Both the position numbers and the translations under genes were made by a program. The notes below the pieces were generated by a model. That model worked only from the letters and a program-made list of their open reading frames with translations, was not told where the DNA came from and did no database searches. Below, one piece after another: positions 62,717 through 64,000 of a stretch of 64,000 nt of DNA (positions within the stretch are counted from its first letter, which is position 1; every line of letters starts with the position of its first letter). The DNA comes from Macrostomum lignano (lineage: Eukaryota). The stretch covers positions 1-64,000 of the forward strand of contig NIVC01001908.1 in assembly GCA_002269645.1 (NCBI GenBank), given 5' to 3'.

Positions 62717-64000
62717 GCAAAAACGAGTTCGACCGTAACCAGTAAATTAACGAATTTCAACTGAGGTTTTGACCCGTTGCTACAAGACCGGTAATTGGCA
62801 AACTGTGCTGCAGTTCTAGGCGAAAGTAATCTCTAGAAACAGTTTTGGTACAATTGTAGGGACAGCGGTGAACACGTCCGACTCTCTCGCCACGACCCTC
62901 TGGCTCGATTCCGCGCGCTGCGTACATTCAACCCCCCCCCCAAGGCACAGAGAATGTACATGCCTGACGATTAAAAATTCTTGGGCCTGCGTACAGTACC
63001 CGTGCGCTTTTATGTGCCAGCAGTCGGTGGAATGGGCAGAAAGAATATATATTTTTAAAGGCCCGCTAAAACGGTCGTCCTTCGACTGGGAGAATAATAT
63101 TTTTTGATGTAATGATCACGATTTTTGCTTCTGCTGTTCGAGAGGTAAACACATTGCTTTTTAGTTGCTGCGACCTATAGTTGGTACATAGCTAGTCATA
63201 ATAATAATTATATGCACAGCTATGAATTATTTTATAAGCGTCATATTATGCTTATTTTTCGCACATTCAGTGTAGCCCCAGCTTTTCTATTATAGATAGC
63301 TAATTTTAGAACTGGGAAAACACCCACTTGACGTGGGATTTCCGTAGCAGGCCAGATTCGTTTTATCTTAATTGGCTGTCTGGCTCAGTTTGACCTTGGG
63401 AAGATGAGAAAACTATATATAAAATCAGTCACGCACTGATAGCGTGATGTAAAAGGTCAAATTTAGCTTCCAGCCAATAAAATGCAGTCTGGTCCCGTTT
63501 TTTATCCACAATTTTATTGAGCAATCAGCCTTCGGTAGAAAATCCCCGTTTTTCTTTCACATTCACTCTGTTGTAACTTTAATTTTTATGCTTTCAATTT
63601 TTAGTTCACATTTTCCTACTCAACACTTTCATATCAGTCGTTTTTTTTAGAAATAATCGTACTGTAATTCCCCCCCGCGCCTGCCGGATGATGTAGCTTA
63701 AATTAGGCTGCAAAAAGTTATTAGTTAAATTCTATATGCTCCATTATTATGCTTAGCTTCGCTTTTTCAATTCCAAAAGCATTAAATGATAAATTTGCAA
63801 CATAGTTTCAATTTCAATTTTTACAAAACGTACTTTTTTCTCGCTTTCATTAGAAGCAAGAATTAAAATAAATCTGAAAAATTTTCAACTGGTCACTTCA
63901 CTTCGCTTCAAGCGTTGATTCGCTTAAACAAAAGATAATTACAGAAAAATGAAACTGACTTTTTATTTTATCAATCAGTCATTGAATCTGCCTCTCTCCT

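Overview
Eukaryotic (animal) genomic DNA, most likely a Macrostomum-like flatworm, inferred from a spliced-leader RNA gene resembling the M. lignano leader as I recall it and from the dense minisatellites (about 40% of the window by rough hand count). Three intron-containing genes could be rebuilt by hand. (1) A PLXDC-like gene on the minus strand, 4200 to <379, with a 1-bp frameshift in the last visible exon. (2) An Ldb/Chip LIM-domain-binding protein gene on the minus strand, 39159-33960, 7 exons, about 548 aa. (3) A MAP1/futsch-like gene on the plus strand, 45756-62716, 6 exons, about 2151 aa, with a large acidic heptad-repeat core. Between the divergent Ldb and MAP1 genes sit one 5S rRNA gene (44349-44467) and, about 370 bp downstream on the same strand, a complete SL RNA gene (44838-44950). 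There is also a small orphan secreted prepropeptide ORF (29294-29518), a 5'-truncated RNase H-bearing LINE in an Ldb intron, a tRNA-derived CORE-like SINE, nested inverted-repeat elements and over 30 tandem arrays. Almost all long ORFs in the supplied track are artefacts of those arrays. Best leads: the 5S-SL unit, the inverted decamer arrays flanking the frame-symmetric MAP1 exon 3, and the acidic-propiece secreted peptide. All homology calls are from remembered family sequences; no searches were run.
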